Shown piece by piece: positions 1 through 10,193 of a stretch of 64,000 nt of DNA (position 1 is its first letter; each line of letters starts with the position of its first letter). This DNA comes from Candidatus Thorarchaeota archaeon. GTDB taxonomy: Archaea > Asgardarchaeota > Thorarchaeia > Thorarchaeales > Thorarchaeaceae. The position numbers and the translations under genes are program-made. The DNA is taken from contig JBHLRP010000005.1 in the NCBI GenBank assembly GCA_048882485.1, positions 44,936 to 108,935 of the forward strand, read 5' to 3'. Under the pieces are notes generated by a model. It searched no databases. It was not told the origin of the DNA and was given only the letters and a program-made list of their open reading frames with translations.

Positions 1-18
1 CGGAAGTGAAGAAGACGA

Positions 19-258
19 ATGGGAGGTGAAAAGCGAATAATGTGTGATTCACATCCACGCATGAGAGGAAGACATGGATTTGGCTTCGGAATGATGCCGG
101 GACTATTTGGATTCATGGATTGCGCTCCAGGCTATGAAAGCAAGGAAACAGCGATCAAACGTCTTGAAGCATTAAGGTCACATTTAGAGGACAGAATTAG
201 GCAGATAGATGAGAAGATAGCTGAACTGCGGTCTCCTGGTGAAGGCGAAGAGGTCTAG
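19..258 (+). CDS. Small Gly-rich/coiled-coil protein (DUF5320-like)
   Basis: RGRHGFGFG Gly/Arg-rich N-terminus followed by a heptad coiled coil (IKRLEALRSHLEDRIRQIDEKIAEL). Confidence 0.6.
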   Translation: MGGEKRIMCDSHPRMRGRHGFGFGMMPGLFGFMDCAPGYESKETAIKRLEALRSHLEDRIRQIDEKIAELRSPGEGEEV

Positions 259-370
259 ACGACCTAAACTCGGGACTTCCACTGTGCTGTCGAGGCCCCA
301 ACATCGCCTTCTTTAGTATATTGATTTGTTTCCCTTTTATTTCTTCATTAACAACCAACACTCTTTAAGC

Positions 371-408
371 GGCGAGAGGACACCCACGATTTCCCGCGTC
401 CTCTCGCC
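371..408. terminator. Perfect 11-bp stem hairpin between convergent genes
   Basis: GGCGAGAGGAC (371-381) pairs with GTCCTCTCGCC (398-408); a T-rich tract lies at about 325-350. Confidence 0.5.
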
Positions 409-424
409 ATCTTCCTCGCCGTGA

Positions 425-2683
425 CTACTCTGATTCCTTAGAGGTGATTGCACTTGCTGCAAGCAGAGTGACTCCGGAGTCAGTCACAAAACTTGCAGTC
501 CAAGTTGGTAGGTGCGGCACCTCATCCTGTGTAAGCATATCTTGCCAAGCCTCATCTGTAAGTCGATCATCCATCGGCCAAGTAAACTCGTAGTATGAGA
601 ATACTCCCCCTCTGGTGAGAATGACTTGTCCATCAACTTCAACAGCTACATAGATGACCATAGGTCTTCCAACTGCCTCTTCAAGCACACTCGAAGTATT
701 AGGGTCGGTGTGAACATCAGCAATGACAGCCATGTCATCGTCAGCATCTGATGTAAGGTAGTCATCCTGTGGCAATGCAACAATTGATCCCAATGTCTTT
801 CCACAGCCTTCGATTAGGTAGTATTCTGACTCCGTCAGAGGAGTTCCCTCCAACTCCTTGATAGAAATTGTCTGGAGATCCAATAGAAGATCGTATAGGG
901 CGTTCAGCTTGTTGTCAATCAAAGTGGACAGAAGGGTCCTAGAATCAAGCCCATCAATCATCATCTTACATAATGAAGCCAAACGCGCATATACTCGGGG
1001 AACAGGCTCTACATATCCCCTAACAGGAGGTGGCATTGCTGTCAATTCCCAAGTATAAGACTGCTTGGCGTAGAGAATTGTATCATGCCTTAGCTCAGCC
1101 CATGAGCCAAGTGCGGTGGATAGCTGCTTATCAACCCAAGCTTCGCTCTGCATGAAGAAAGGATAGCCTTCACCTGGATCGGATAGAAGAGGTAGAAGAG
1201 AATAGAGCCATAGATAGTAAAGGTTGCTTGTCCACTCGGCATCAGTGATGTTGGCGACCATTTCCCAGAGCACGCTCATCTGTGATTCGTAGTTCTCATA
1301 GTCTCTTTCCGGTTCTAGGAGTTCCCATGCTCTCTCCGATCCAAGAGCAGCCATCACATCGAGACCCATTGGCATGAGTCTTGGATTCGACATAGTCCCC
1401 ACATTTTTGTACACGAGTTGTCCGAGAATGTAGCTATCTGGAATGTAGCGTTGTCCCATGAACCTAAGTCCCATGGTTTGCGTCAGGGTCAAGAAATCCG
1501 CAACAGGATGACCCAATATCGCTGGTTCTCGGAACTCTAATGCAGCATCAATGAAGTCCTCCAACAGGGCATCATCATCAAGGTCAACAATTGTGACTTC
1601 AGAGCCGTAGATGGTCTGGACCAACTCCAAGTACTCAGTTGGCAGCAGATCATCCGCAGACCCAACAAAGAAGACTGTAGGCTCATAGATCGCGTCCCAC
1701 AAGTCATAACCTATGATTCCAGCTGGCAAGGTGGATATCTCATCCATCAGAGCCAATGAGATGAGAATTGCCTGAGCGGTGTTGTCCATTCCCTTGTCAT
1801 TGGGGAATTCTGGAAGATCGGGTTGCAGTCGAAATGACACTCTCCCAAACCACATCATTGCCTGGAAATATCGCTCAAGAGTTTCACTGCGGGTGTAATG
1901 ACCCCTTGGCACGAATTGAGTGAAGTCTTCTCGATATCCTTGGAACCACTCATCGGTCATTTCATTGTGTGCATCAATCAGAGTAAGCACATTGGTGACC
2001 TCAGTGCCAATCTCAACTGGGAAGGCTGGAGGAATCACATAATTGCTATCGATGAGCTTCAGAGCCACTGTAAGGAACATCATGTTTCTTAATGCCGCTT
2101 CTTTCCATCTGCCTTCTGGGGCCACAAGGTATTGTCCATAGCTGGAATCCAGCATAGAGGCAGTCAGGTTGCCAAGAAGGTCCCAGAAGGAATAGACTTC
2201 AACCTCCCTAAGAGCTAAGTCGTAGAGTACGTGGAATGCATGCAGGACGGCATCTGAAGAAACGAAACTAGGAATATCCTCATCATCATTCAATTCCAAT
2301 ATTTCGTGGATCTGTTTGTATTCAATTTGAGTGGCAGCAGCAAATCCGCTCATTTCTATCTTGAGAAGCAGGTCACTAGGAAGGGTTCCGAATTGGCCAA
2401 GATTGACCACATTTGAAAGACCCTGGTAGACTGTGTATTCGGGTGCATTAGGTACAAACGACTCTTCATGAGGCTCAAAATCAGCAAAGTTGCTGGCCAC
2501 AATATTATCGATTGTATAGACGGGCATATTCAGATGGGATGGTGGAAATGCGGGATGAAAGGCGCCACCCAAATACCCTATAGTGCCCACAAGACTTACT
2601 GCAAGAAGTGCAGATACAAGTCCTGCAGCAAACATCTTTTGCCTGATATCGCTATCAATAGCTCTCGCAATGACTTGAAGCAT
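425..2683 (-). CDS. DUF3160 domain-containing exported/membrane protein
   Basis: N-terminal hydrophobic helix; EDFTQFVPRGHYT, YFQAMMWFGR, SWAELRHDTILYAKQ, RLTDEAW motifs. Confidence 0.85.
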   Translation of the reverse strand: MLQVIARAIDSDIRQKMFAAGLVSALLAVSLVGTIGYLGGAFHPAFPPSHLNMPVYTIDNIVASNFADFEPHEESFVPNAPEYTVYQGLSNVVNLGQFGTLPSDLLLKIEMSGFAAATQIEYKQIHEILELNDDEDIPSFVSSDAVLHAFHVLYDLALREVEVYSFWDLLGNLTASMLDSSYGQYLVAPEGRWKEAALRNMMFLTVALKLIDSNYVIPPAFPVEIGTEVTNVLTLIDAHNEMTDEWFQGYREDFTQFVPRGHYTRSETLERYFQAMMWFGRVSFRLQPDLPEFPNDKGMDNTAQAILISLALMDEISTLPAGIIGYDLWDAIYEPTVFFVGSADDLLPTEYLELVQTIYGSEVTIVDLDDDALLEDFIDAALEFREPAILGHPVADFLTLTQTMGLRFMGQRYIPDSYILGQLVYKNVGTMSNPRLMPMGLDVMAALGSERAWELLEPERDYENYESQMSVLWEMVANITDAEWTSNLYYLWLYSLLPLLSDPGEGYPFFMQSEAWVDKQLSTALGSWAELRHDTILYAKQSYTWELTAMPPPVRGYVEPVPRVYARLASLCKMMIDGLDSRTLLSTLIDNKLNALYDLLLDLQTISIKELEGTPLTESEYYLIEGCGKTLGSIVALPQDDYLTSDADDDMAVIADVHTDPNTSSVLEEAVGRPMVIYVAVEVDGQVILTRGGVFSYYEFTWPMDDRLTDEAWQDMLTQDEVPHLPTWTASFVTDSGVTLLAASAITSKESE

Positions 2684-2826
2684 GCTATTCTACAATGCTC
2701 AAACTTACTTAGTACCATGGAATAGAACACTGCGTCCATACTTTAGAACAGAGTTGTGAATTCGGTGCTGACAAGGAAGAAGAGATTAATCTGAAGAAAG
2801 TGAAGACTCATTGTGCGTGGTAACAA

Positions 2827-3282
2827 TTGTCGGATACAAGTGACGAGACCTCTCTCGACCCAGAACTTAGAGGAAACACACTCAGAGTCTACTGGTTGAT
2901 GCTGTCTCAAAACGAGGCAGTGGGTGTCAGAGAGGTACAGAGGGCGTTGGGCATGTCTAGCCCTTCAGTGGCAAGTCACCATCTATCGAAGCTTGTTTCA
3001 TTGGAGCTTGTTGAGAAGCTCCCTGACAACTCTTACGAGGTTAGCCGAGTTGTCAAAGTTGGAGTCCTCAGAAATTTCATCGGCTTTCGGGGAAGGTTTC
3101 TTCCACGCTACATGTTTGTGGCCATCTTCTTCACAATGGCGACCCTAGCTTATCTTGCGATAAGTTTCCTGAATCCTAGACCGGGACTCTATGACAAGTT
3201 CATTGCTCTTGCTATTGGCTCGGTTGGAGCACTCTTTGCATGGTGGGAAACGATTAGGCTATGGAAACTGAAATTGACATGA
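2827..3282 (+). CDS. Winged-helix transcription regulator with two C-terminal TM helices
   Basis: GVREVQRALGMSSPSVASHHLSKL HTH followed by two hydrophobic segments; TTG start. Confidence 0.8.
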   Translation: MSDTSDETSLDPELRGNTLRVYWLMLSQNEAVGVREVQRALGMSSPSVASHHLSKLVSLELVEKLPDNSYEVSRVVKVGVLRNFIGFRGRFLPRYMFVAIFFTMATLAYLAISFLNPRPGLYDKFIALAIGSVGALFAWWETIRLWKLKLT

Positions 3283-3303
3283 CTCCAAGCAGTTGTTGAA
3301 TCG

Positions 3304-4071
3304 TCATCCTTTGGAACTGATCTCAAGTCTTATGGGGCAGTGGTCAGAACCAAAGACCTCGCTTAGGATGTCACTTCCTACTAATTGAGCTTTGAATTCC
3401 TCGTTTATTACGAAATAATCCAGTCGCCATCCAACGTTCTTGGCTCTGGCGTTGTGAAGGTATGACCACCAAGTATAGTGACCTCCTTCCTGAGTTTGCT
3501 CCCTGAATGTGTCAATGTATCCTTTGGAAAGCATCCGATCAAACCAGGACCTTTCATCATCAGTGAATCCTGCATGACCACGATTGCTCTTGGGCCTTGC
3601 TATGTCTATCTCCTTATGTGAAACATTGAAATCGCCAGTTACGATGACGCCTTTTTCTTTCCGCAGTTCTTGGGCATATCTAAGCAATCTGGCATTGAAA
3701 TCCAATTTGAAGTCGAGTCTTTCAAGCATGCGACCTGCATTCGGGAAATATACATTCACAAGGTAGAACTTGTCATATTCTGCAGTAATGGCACGCCCTT
3801 CAGTGTCAAATCCCTTTTTGTCAGTGCCTCTGAAAACAGAGATTGGTGGTTCCTTGGTAAGGATCATGGTGCCACTGTATCCCTTCTTCGCTGCGTGATG
3901 CCAATGCTGCTCATATTCGCTCAGTGCCAACGGTGCAATGTCATCCATTCCGGATGACGACTTCGTTTCTTGAAAACAGTGGACATCAGCATTTTCGTTT
4001 TGAATGAACTCAAGAAGGCCCTTCTTGAGACATGCCCGAATCCCATTAACATTCCAGGAGATTATTTTCAA
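3304..4071 (-). CDS. xth: Exodeoxyribonuclease III / AP endonuclease
   Basis: SWNVNGIRA, QETK, GDFNV, YTWWSY, GWRLDY, SDHCP motifs. Confidence 0.95.
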   Translation of the reverse strand: MKIISWNVNGIRACLKKGLLEFIQNENADVHCFQETKSSSGMDDIAPLALSEYEQHWHHAAKKGYSGTMILTKEPPISVFRGTDKKGFDTEGRAITAEYDKFYLVNVYFPNAGRMLERLDFKLDFNARLLRYAQELRKEKGVIVTGDFNVSHKEIDIARPKSNRGHAGFTDDERSWFDRMLSKGYIDTFREQTQEGGHYTWWSYLHNARAKNVGWRLDYFVINEEFKAQLVGSDILSEVFGSDHCPIRLEISSKG

Positions 4072-4111
4072 GATGCTCGTTCATATCAACATTGGAGCCT
4101 ACAATTCTATC

Positions 4112-4969
4112 TTATGGTTGAGATTCCTTGATTCTCACGTGGATGAACTTTGCCAGTTTGAGATTTGAATTCAGAGTCATGATGAGGCGAGTGCGAAGGC
4201 CCCATCTTGGAACTGTTCTAACGCGGGAGAAATAAGGAAACCAATCAACTACATCAAGTAGCTCAGACCAGCTTTCAATTTGACTTGGGCTTTTGGCATC
4301 GAATTTGTGATCAATCCCAGTAATGCCGTACTTTCTAAAACGCCTATTAATGACCCAATTTCCTCTGGATGAACTACTGTCGAAGATGATTTCTCCTCCT
4401 GGAAATCTCTGAGCGATAGTCCTGAAGAATTGTGAAACATCTTCTTCATCAAAATATGCAAAGAGTCCTCCTGCGATCATAAGAAGTCCATCAGCATAGT
4501 TGAAGCCTATGTCTTCCATCCAGCTGAAATCAAAGATTGACTTTGCTATGTATTTACTTCTTGAAGTTTCAGGGATTAGTTGACGGCGATAATCTATTGC
4601 ATCTGGGAGATCAAGATCGAACCAATGCAAGGTTCCATTGTCAACTCTAGAAAAAGTCGTGTCCAATCCACAGCCAAGATTCACAATTGTAGCATGAGGC
4701 TTGCTTTGAAGAAATGCGGCAATTGTGTCGTCGAAGGTTCTGGCTCTGATAGCAAACGCAAGTCCCAACAGCTCATCTATGAATTCCTCCAACACATCAA
4801 AGTCATCCTGTGAGCCAGTATGTTTTCTCTTCACCTGTTCAATGAGATCTACGGCTTGGTCGTCTTTCAACAATTCAGGATATAGCTGTGAGTATTTAGC
4901 ACGTGCCCACAAGGGTCCGACCATTGTAGATTGTAGGGTTGATGCAATCTTATCAGCAGATTCACTCAT
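4112..4969 (-). CDS. Class I SAM-dependent methyltransferase (LCM/TcmP-like)
   Basis: PLWARA, VNLGCGLDT, WFDLDLPD motifs. Confidence 0.85.
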   Translation of the reverse strand: MSESADKIASTLQSTMVGPLWARAKYSQLYPELLKDDQAVDLIEQVKRKHTGSQDDFDVLEEFIDELLGLAFAIRARTFDDTIAAFLQSKPHATIVNLGCGLDTTFSRVDNGTLHWFDLDLPDAIDYRRQLIPETSRSKYIAKSIFDFSWMEDIGFNYADGLLMIAGGLFAYFDEEDVSQFFRTIAQRFPGGEIIFDSSSSRGNWVINRRFRKYGITGIDHKFDAKSPSQIESWSELLDVVDWFPYFSRVRTVPRWGLRTRLIMTLNSNLKLAKFIHVRIKESQP

Positions 4970-5107
4970 GCCATTATCTTCCTTCGAGTATTGCGAGATG
5001 GTACAAAGATATTCGTTTTTCGCCTAAAGGAAGGCTGGAGAGCAATGTCACAATTTCAGGCTCGAAGTTTATATCACTGCTATGTTACTGGTTTGCGAGG
5101 GAAAGGT

Positions 5108-6151
5108 ATGGTTCAAGTAATCAGCAAGTGCGGGAATTATTGTGGTACTTGTCCATGGGGCTGTTACCAACGTGCAAGACTCTCAGAACAGGGTTGGGAA
5201 TCTTATCGTGACGATGCAAAGAAGTATGTAGGCTTCACACCTACTGCAAAGCCATGCCAGGCTTGTCAAACTCCTAATGAAAAGCTCGCCAAGGATGTAG
5301 GGGTTCATAATTTTGTTCGCGGCTGTCTTGCAAGGGAATGTGCCACATACAATGGAATTCAGAACTGTGCTTATTGCTCAAGATATCCTTGTGACTGGAT
5401 TGAAGCTCATATAGGCGAGATTACTAGAGAAAGCGTTTCGGAACGGCTAGGTGAGCCTGTCCCCGATAAGGCTTACGAGCAATTCATTGAACCATTCCAG
5501 GGAAAAGCACACCTAGATGCGATCAGAGCCAGCTTAAGTTCTCAAGAGATCGTGGAGTCAAAGACAGTGAAGGTTCCTGTGAAGAAGATCGTTGAATATC
5601 CTGAGGACGTGAAGATTCGAGCAATAGAAGTGTCAGACCTCAGAGCAGCCCATAACTTCTTGTCCACACTAGCGAATACGAAATTCGGATTGAAGCATCC
5701 AGACACTATAGCTGGAGCTGGAATAATCAAAGGTAGACGCGATGTTCTCTTTAGATTGCTTTGGACCATTATTCAGAACGGCGAGTTTAGAGATGGCGAG
5801 AAGAAACTTGTGATTGACGGTGTCATCTATTCGAAGAACAAGAAAGGACGAGATCCCCTCACTACGTTGTTTCGAGCAAACATGTATTTCAGGATGCTGA
5901 GAAACCTTGGCTTACGAACTGAGCTAATACAGCTATATGATGATTGGACAACTGATATGGGCTTCCTACGGTCGGTCGTTCCCAAGACTCATGAACCTGC
6001 TTGGGAATTGGTGGCATCATTCACAGAGAAGATTGGAGGGGAGTCCACACTCAAGGCTCTCAAAGCCTATGCGAATGAATTGACACACGAATATGAAAAG
6101 GGTGCATACTCTCGTTTCTCAAAAGCAGATATGCGGTTCTTGATTGCTTGA
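5108..6151 (+). CDS. Cys-rich DUF3795-type protein with unknown C-terminal domain
   Basis: SKCGNYCGTCP, CQAC, CLARECA, NCAYCSRYPC; ATG at 5108 after GAAAGG chosen as start. Confidence 0.7.
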   Translation: MVQVISKCGNYCGTCPWGCYQRARLSEQGWESYRDDAKKYVGFTPTAKPCQACQTPNEKLAKDVGVHNFVRGCLARECATYNGIQNCAYCSRYPCDWIEAHIGEITRESVSERLGEPVPDKAYEQFIEPFQGKAHLDAIRASLSSQEIVESKTVKVPVKKIVEYPEDVKIRAIEVSDLRAAHNFLSTLANTKFGLKHPDTIAGAGIIKGRRDVLFRLLWTIIQNGEFRDGEKKLVIDGVIYSKNKKGRDPLTTLFRANMYFRMLRNLGLRTELIQLYDDWTTDMGFLRSVVPKTHEPAWELVASFTEKIGGESTLKALKAYANELTHEYEKGAYSRFSKADMRFLIA

Positions 6152-6166
6152 AGGTTGCGAATGCAA

Positions 6167-7006
6167 ATGAGTATAGAATTACCTGAAGCTTTGATTCTCG
6201 CAAAGCAAATGGAAAAAGAGCTGGTCGGGAAGAAGATAGAATCCTGGAACCTAGATGAACTGGAGAAGCTTCAGAAGTCCAAAATGGTGAGTAGAAGTTT
6301 GAAGAACTTTGACAAGCTAAAAGGGAGAACAATTCAGTCAGTAGTATCGAGGGGGAACGGAATACAGGTAAAGTTAGACGATGGCATGAATATGTTCTTT
6401 GCACCAGAATACGGAGCTGAGTTTGGATTCCATGAGGATAAGACCAGCCTACCTAAGAAGATTCATCTGACACTTACTTTCTTCGACAAGACACTCTTTA
6501 CTTTGAGACTCAAGGGTTGGGGTCACATCGATGCTGCTTCTAATGAAGAACTAGAAGATAATTACGTATATCGGAGAGATTTCTCAGATGTGGTGTCTCC
6601 GGATGAGAAACGGTTCACTTCTGACTGGTTCGAGGAGCAACTATCTCAGATTTCAAAGAATATCAAAATGGTATTGGTAGGCAAAGAAGCCATTCTTGTT
6701 GGAATTCAGAACAGCACATTTCAAGACGTAATCTATCAAGCTGGTGTACATCCAAAGAAGAAGGCATCTGACCTTAACAGCAGCCAAGTCAAAGCTCTCT
6801 ATAATGCAATTGTTAGGACAATGGAAGCGAGAATCCATCTTGGTGGCAAGCACCAATTCACAGACCTCTATGGGAAGCATGGTCAATACGTTCCATCGAT
6901 GGGGCCTAATATGAAGGGTGCTAAATGTCTGAAATGCAAGACTACAATCGAGAAACTTGCCCATGGTGGAGGACATGTGTATCTCTGTCCCAAATGCCAG
7001 ACATAA
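6167..7006 (+). CDS. Fpg/Nei-family H2TH DNA glycosylase-like protein (atypical)
   Basis: IELPEA N-terminus, H2TH-like GIQN..Q...QAGVHP, C-terminal CxxC...CPKCQ zinc finger. Confidence 0.8.
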   Translation: MSIELPEALILAKQMEKELVGKKIESWNLDELEKLQKSKMVSRSLKNFDKLKGRTIQSVVSRGNGIQVKLDDGMNMFFAPEYGAEFGFHEDKTSLPKKIHLTLTFFDKTLFTLRLKGWGHIDAASNEELEDNYVYRRDFSDVVSPDEKRFTSDWFEEQLSQISKNIKMVLVGKEAILVGIQNSTFQDVIYQAGVHPKKKASDLNSSQVKALYNAIVRTMEARIHLGGKHQFTDLYGKHGQYVPSMGPNMKGAKCLKCKTTIEKLAHGGGHVYLCPKCQT

Positions 7007-7033
7007 TGAACTAAATGGAGTGGGGAGAATTTC

Positions 7034-7882
7034 GTGAGAGGAAGATCTATTCTCATTGGATTCATTCTCCTGAGTCTGCTATCTTCATCGACTGGAATAT
7101 CACTAGGTAACAGGAAGCATTCACTGAGCATAGGAGAAAATCATATTCTTTCTCAGGAGAATCCAGTTAGCAACCCCGGATTCGAATCTGGTTCATTCCT
7201 CGCTTGGGACAATGTTGAGAATGTAGAAGAGAATGTAATTCAGACATCACGAGTATACTCTGGAACCTACGCACTGCGAATGGACTCTATATATTACATA
7301 TGGGCCTATGTTGATCAGGTATTCACCACGCCTATTTCAGTATCGGTGGATACTAGATTCCTCGCGGCAATATTTCCTACTAGAACAGGAATAACTTGTG
7401 GTGAATATGGAAGAGCCTCATACATTGTGGCTGTCCATGATACTGAAACAGAAGTCATTAGAGGACTGAACTACGTCTGGTCTGGCTACGACTATCCTGG
7501 TAGTGACATAGGATCAAATGTGACACGTGCCCATTATCTCCTCTATGATTGGGCGCCTAACGAATGGCATATTCTAGATCGTTCAATACTGACTGATTAT
7601 TCTGCAGTTTTTGGAGCGCCTTCTTCTCCTGACGTTTTGGAAATCACATATCTTAGACTTCAGAACCATGCATCAAATGGTGCGCCTAGCACATTCTAAA
7701 TAGATGATGTGGCAATCTGTCCAGAACCAAGCAATCCTACAACTTCAAACGGAGCTACAACAGACGCAACATCAATGGCTGTACCCACGGATGTGGATCT
7801 CATTATAGTAGACATCATCACTCTCGAATTTGCTATCATTATTGGTATCACATACAAGTCCAGAAGGAAATCTCGCCAATAG
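7034..7882 (+). pseudogene. Secreted CBM-like surface protein interrupted by one in-frame TAA (7697-7699)
   Basis: Signal peptide and NPGFESG domain; after the TAA the same frame reads IDDVAIC, a Thr-rich linker, a hydrophobic helix and KSRRKSRQ, ending at TAG 7880-7882. Confidence 0.7.
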
Positions 7883-7957
7883 TCCCTGCCACCAGAATAT
7901 ATAGAAGTGATTCCTCCTTGGGATTCTCGGAATTTGATTCGCGCGGAGTGGAGGAAA

Positions 7958-8566
7958 ATGAAGAAAGTAGATCACAAGAAGGTTTTGAAGGAGTTCTACA
8001 GTCCATCGTCAAGAAAGCCTTCAGAAGTTGATGTGCCTGAGATGAATTTCCTAATGATTGATGGAAAAGGTGATCCTAACACAGCGCAGGAGTACAAAGA
8101 TGCTATAGAAGCATTATACGCCGCTTCCCACACATTGAAGTTCAAGTTGAAGAAAGCTAAAGTCTTGGATTTCACTGTTATGCCACTTGAAGGACTATGG
8201 TGGGTTGAAGGAGAGGAGGGTTTCAAAATAGATTCAAAGGAAGGTTGGTGCTGGACTGCTTTGATAATGCAACCTGAACAAGTGTCTAGAACTGATGTTA
8301 TCGAGGCCATTGCGGAAGTCAAAGAGAAGAAAGATCCTATAGCACTACAGAAGCTCCGGTTTGAGTCATTTCGGGAAGGCTACTCAGTCCAAATAATGCA
8401 CATTGGACCATGGTCAGAAGAGAAGCCTACGATTGATGGACTGCATGCCTATGCGGAGGAACAAGGTTTCAAGCTACGGGGCAAGCACCACGAGATTTAC
8501 CTAAGCGATCCTCGAAGAACTGCTCCTGAGAAGCTCAAGACTGTGATTCGTCAACCTGTTGCCTAG
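7958..8566 (+). CDS. GyrI-like small-molecule-binding protein
   Basis: VMPLEGLWW, QIMHIGPW, HHEIYLSDPRRTAPEKLKT motifs. Confidence 0.9.
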   Translation: MKKVDHKKVLKEFYSPSSRKPSEVDVPEMNFLMIDGKGDPNTAQEYKDAIEALYAASHTLKFKLKKAKVLDFTVMPLEGLWWVEGEEGFKIDSKEGWCWTALIMQPEQVSRTDVIEAIAEVKEKKDPIALQKLRFESFREGYSVQIMHIGPWSEEKPTIDGLHAYAEEQGFKLRGKHHEIYLSDPRRTAPEKLKTVIRQPVA

Positions 8567-8653
8567 TCCTCAATATCGTATTACGAGGATATATGAAATT
8601 CAGTGCTGGATAGTTACAGGCTATCGTTCGCCAGACGATAGGGGTGCAGAACC

Positions 8654-9226
8654 GTGCAGTTAACAGACCGGCAGGCAGCGCTGATAGAAGAATTTGCTTT
8701 GAAGAAGTATCGATCACTAGACGATACGCATGGAGCAGACCACTGTGAAAAGACTGCAAGCATTGCTAGCTATTTAGCTAGAAAGGAGGGAGCAGATGAA
8801 CTCATTGCAAAGATGGGTGCACTACTCCATCAATTTCATCTTGAGGGAGCAGCTCAAGTCAATGAGTTCCTCCTTAGCATCGATGTTTCTCCTCATATGA
8901 GTGATAGAATCGTTCATTGTGTAAGGTGCATAGAACCAACCACTATCCATACTGCAAGGACTATTGAGGCGAAAGTTGTCTTTGATGCTGACAAGCTCCA
9001 GACACTGGGACCATATGGATTAGTCAGAGAGGTTGTCTATCGGACTCGTACGAAGAACGTAGATTTCAGAGTTGCATTTCGGGAGGCAGAAGAGCTTCAG
9101 AAGCAGGTGGCTGTGCTGCCACAGACTGCAACTGCAAAGGCGCTATATGAGAAGATGAAGGCTCTCTCCATCTCGATGTTTAATGCCATCCGCGAATGGG
9201 ATGCTTTGGATTTCGTTAGCCAGTGA
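8654..9226 (+). CDS. HD-domain protein (degenerate HD motif)
   Basis: HGADH, ALLHQ, IEAKVVFDADKL. Confidence 0.75.
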   Translation: MQLTDRQAALIEEFALKKYRSLDDTHGADHCEKTASIASYLARKEGADELIAKMGALLHQFHLEGAAQVNEFLLSIDVSPHMSDRIVHCVRCIEPTTIHTARTIEAKVVFDADKLQTLGPYGLVREVVYRTRTKNVDFRVAFREAEELQKQVAVLPQTATAKALYEKMKALSISMFNAIREWDALDFVSQ

Positions 9227-9235
9227 ATTAGAACT

Positions 9236-9275
9236 GTTCAGCATATTTAGTACTTACGTTCAGCAAAATATTTAA
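9236..9275 (+). promoter_or_regulatory. GTTCAGCA direct repeat (22-bp spacing) next to a TATA-like TATTTAAT
   Basis: GTTCAGCA at 9236-9243 and 9258-9265, upstream of the ArsR-GyrI regulator. Confidence 0.4.
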
Positions 9276-9312
9276 TAAGACATATCACTCCACAGGCATT
9301 GGGTGGAGTCAT

Positions 9313-10179
9313 ATTTCCGAAGAGCTAGACCATATTATCGAGGATATCATCACGGGATCAGAAGCTGATATTGCTGCGGTTCTGAGTGCAATAGCTAGCA
9401 AGGTTCGTTTGGCGATTCTTGTAGCTTTGAATAAAGTGCCGAGAGAGTTTAGCGAGCTGATGGAGATCTCGGGACTAAGTAAGACTGCATTGGCGCATCA
9501 TCTCAATAGACTAGTAGAGAATGGACTCATTATCCATGCTAGTCGAGGCTTCTATGAGATAAGCTCCGATGGTGTTGATTTTCTTAGAAGCATCAGTGCC
9601 GCTTACGCCTCTTCGAGAAGACGCCATGACCATGAATCTGCTCGTCGGGTGGACTACATCCAGCGTGTGCATACCAAGAGGAAAGACAAAATGGACGATC
9701 TCGAGGTAAGAATAGAAAAGCTTGAGCCTATGCGAGTAGCCAGGTTTCAGGCAATAAGCAAGTCTCCAGAGAATGACGCATGGGAAAAACTGCGGACATG
9801 GGCTGAACCGCGTGGGCTTCTTGATGATGTCAAGAGGAATCCGGTCTTCGGATTCAATAGTCCGGATCCATCACCTGGCAAAAAGGAGTATGGATACGAG
9901 TTTTGGATCAAGGTCGGAGAAGATGTAGAATCCAAAGGAGACGTAGAGGTCAAAGAATTCGAAGGGGGTCTTTATGCTGTCACCACTACACCTCTGAAGG
10001 CAGATCCCTATGTCACTGATGAAGGGATTATGATTATCGGTGCATGGAAGAGGTTGGGAGAGTGGATAAAGGCCAGCAAATACGAATTCGGAGATCAACA
10101 ATGCTTTGAGCGAGCACATGAGATTGGTGTATCCGAAGACGACCTGATACTTGATCTCTACTGGTCAATCAAGGAGTAG
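9313..10179 (+). CDS. ArsR-type wHTH fused to a GyrI-like effector domain; probable ATT start
   Basis: The frame is open upstream of the called TTG and encodes the first ArsR helix (AAVLSAIASKVRLAIL); HTH SGLSKTALAHHL; C-terminal GyrI domain. Confidence 0.8.
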   Translation: MSEELDHIIEDIITGSEADIAAVLSAIASKVRLAILVALNKVPREFSELMEISGLSKTALAHHLNRLVENGLIIHASRGFYEISSDGVDFLRSISAAYASSRRRHDHESARRVDYIQRVHTKRKDKMDDLEVRIEKLEPMRVARFQAISKSPENDAWEKLRTWAEPRGLLDDVKRNPVFGFNSPDPSPGKKEYGYEFWIKVGEDVESKGDVEVKEFEGGLYAVTTTPLKADPYVTDEGIMIIGAWKRLGEWIKASKYEFGDQQCFERAHEIGVSEDDLILDLYWSIKE

Positions 10180-10193
10180 TCAAAACAAACTTG

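Noticed and set aside
7697-7699. Stop-codon recoding (Sec/Pyl)
   Set aside because: The codon is TAA, which is not used for Sec or Pyl and serves as a normal stop in other genes here
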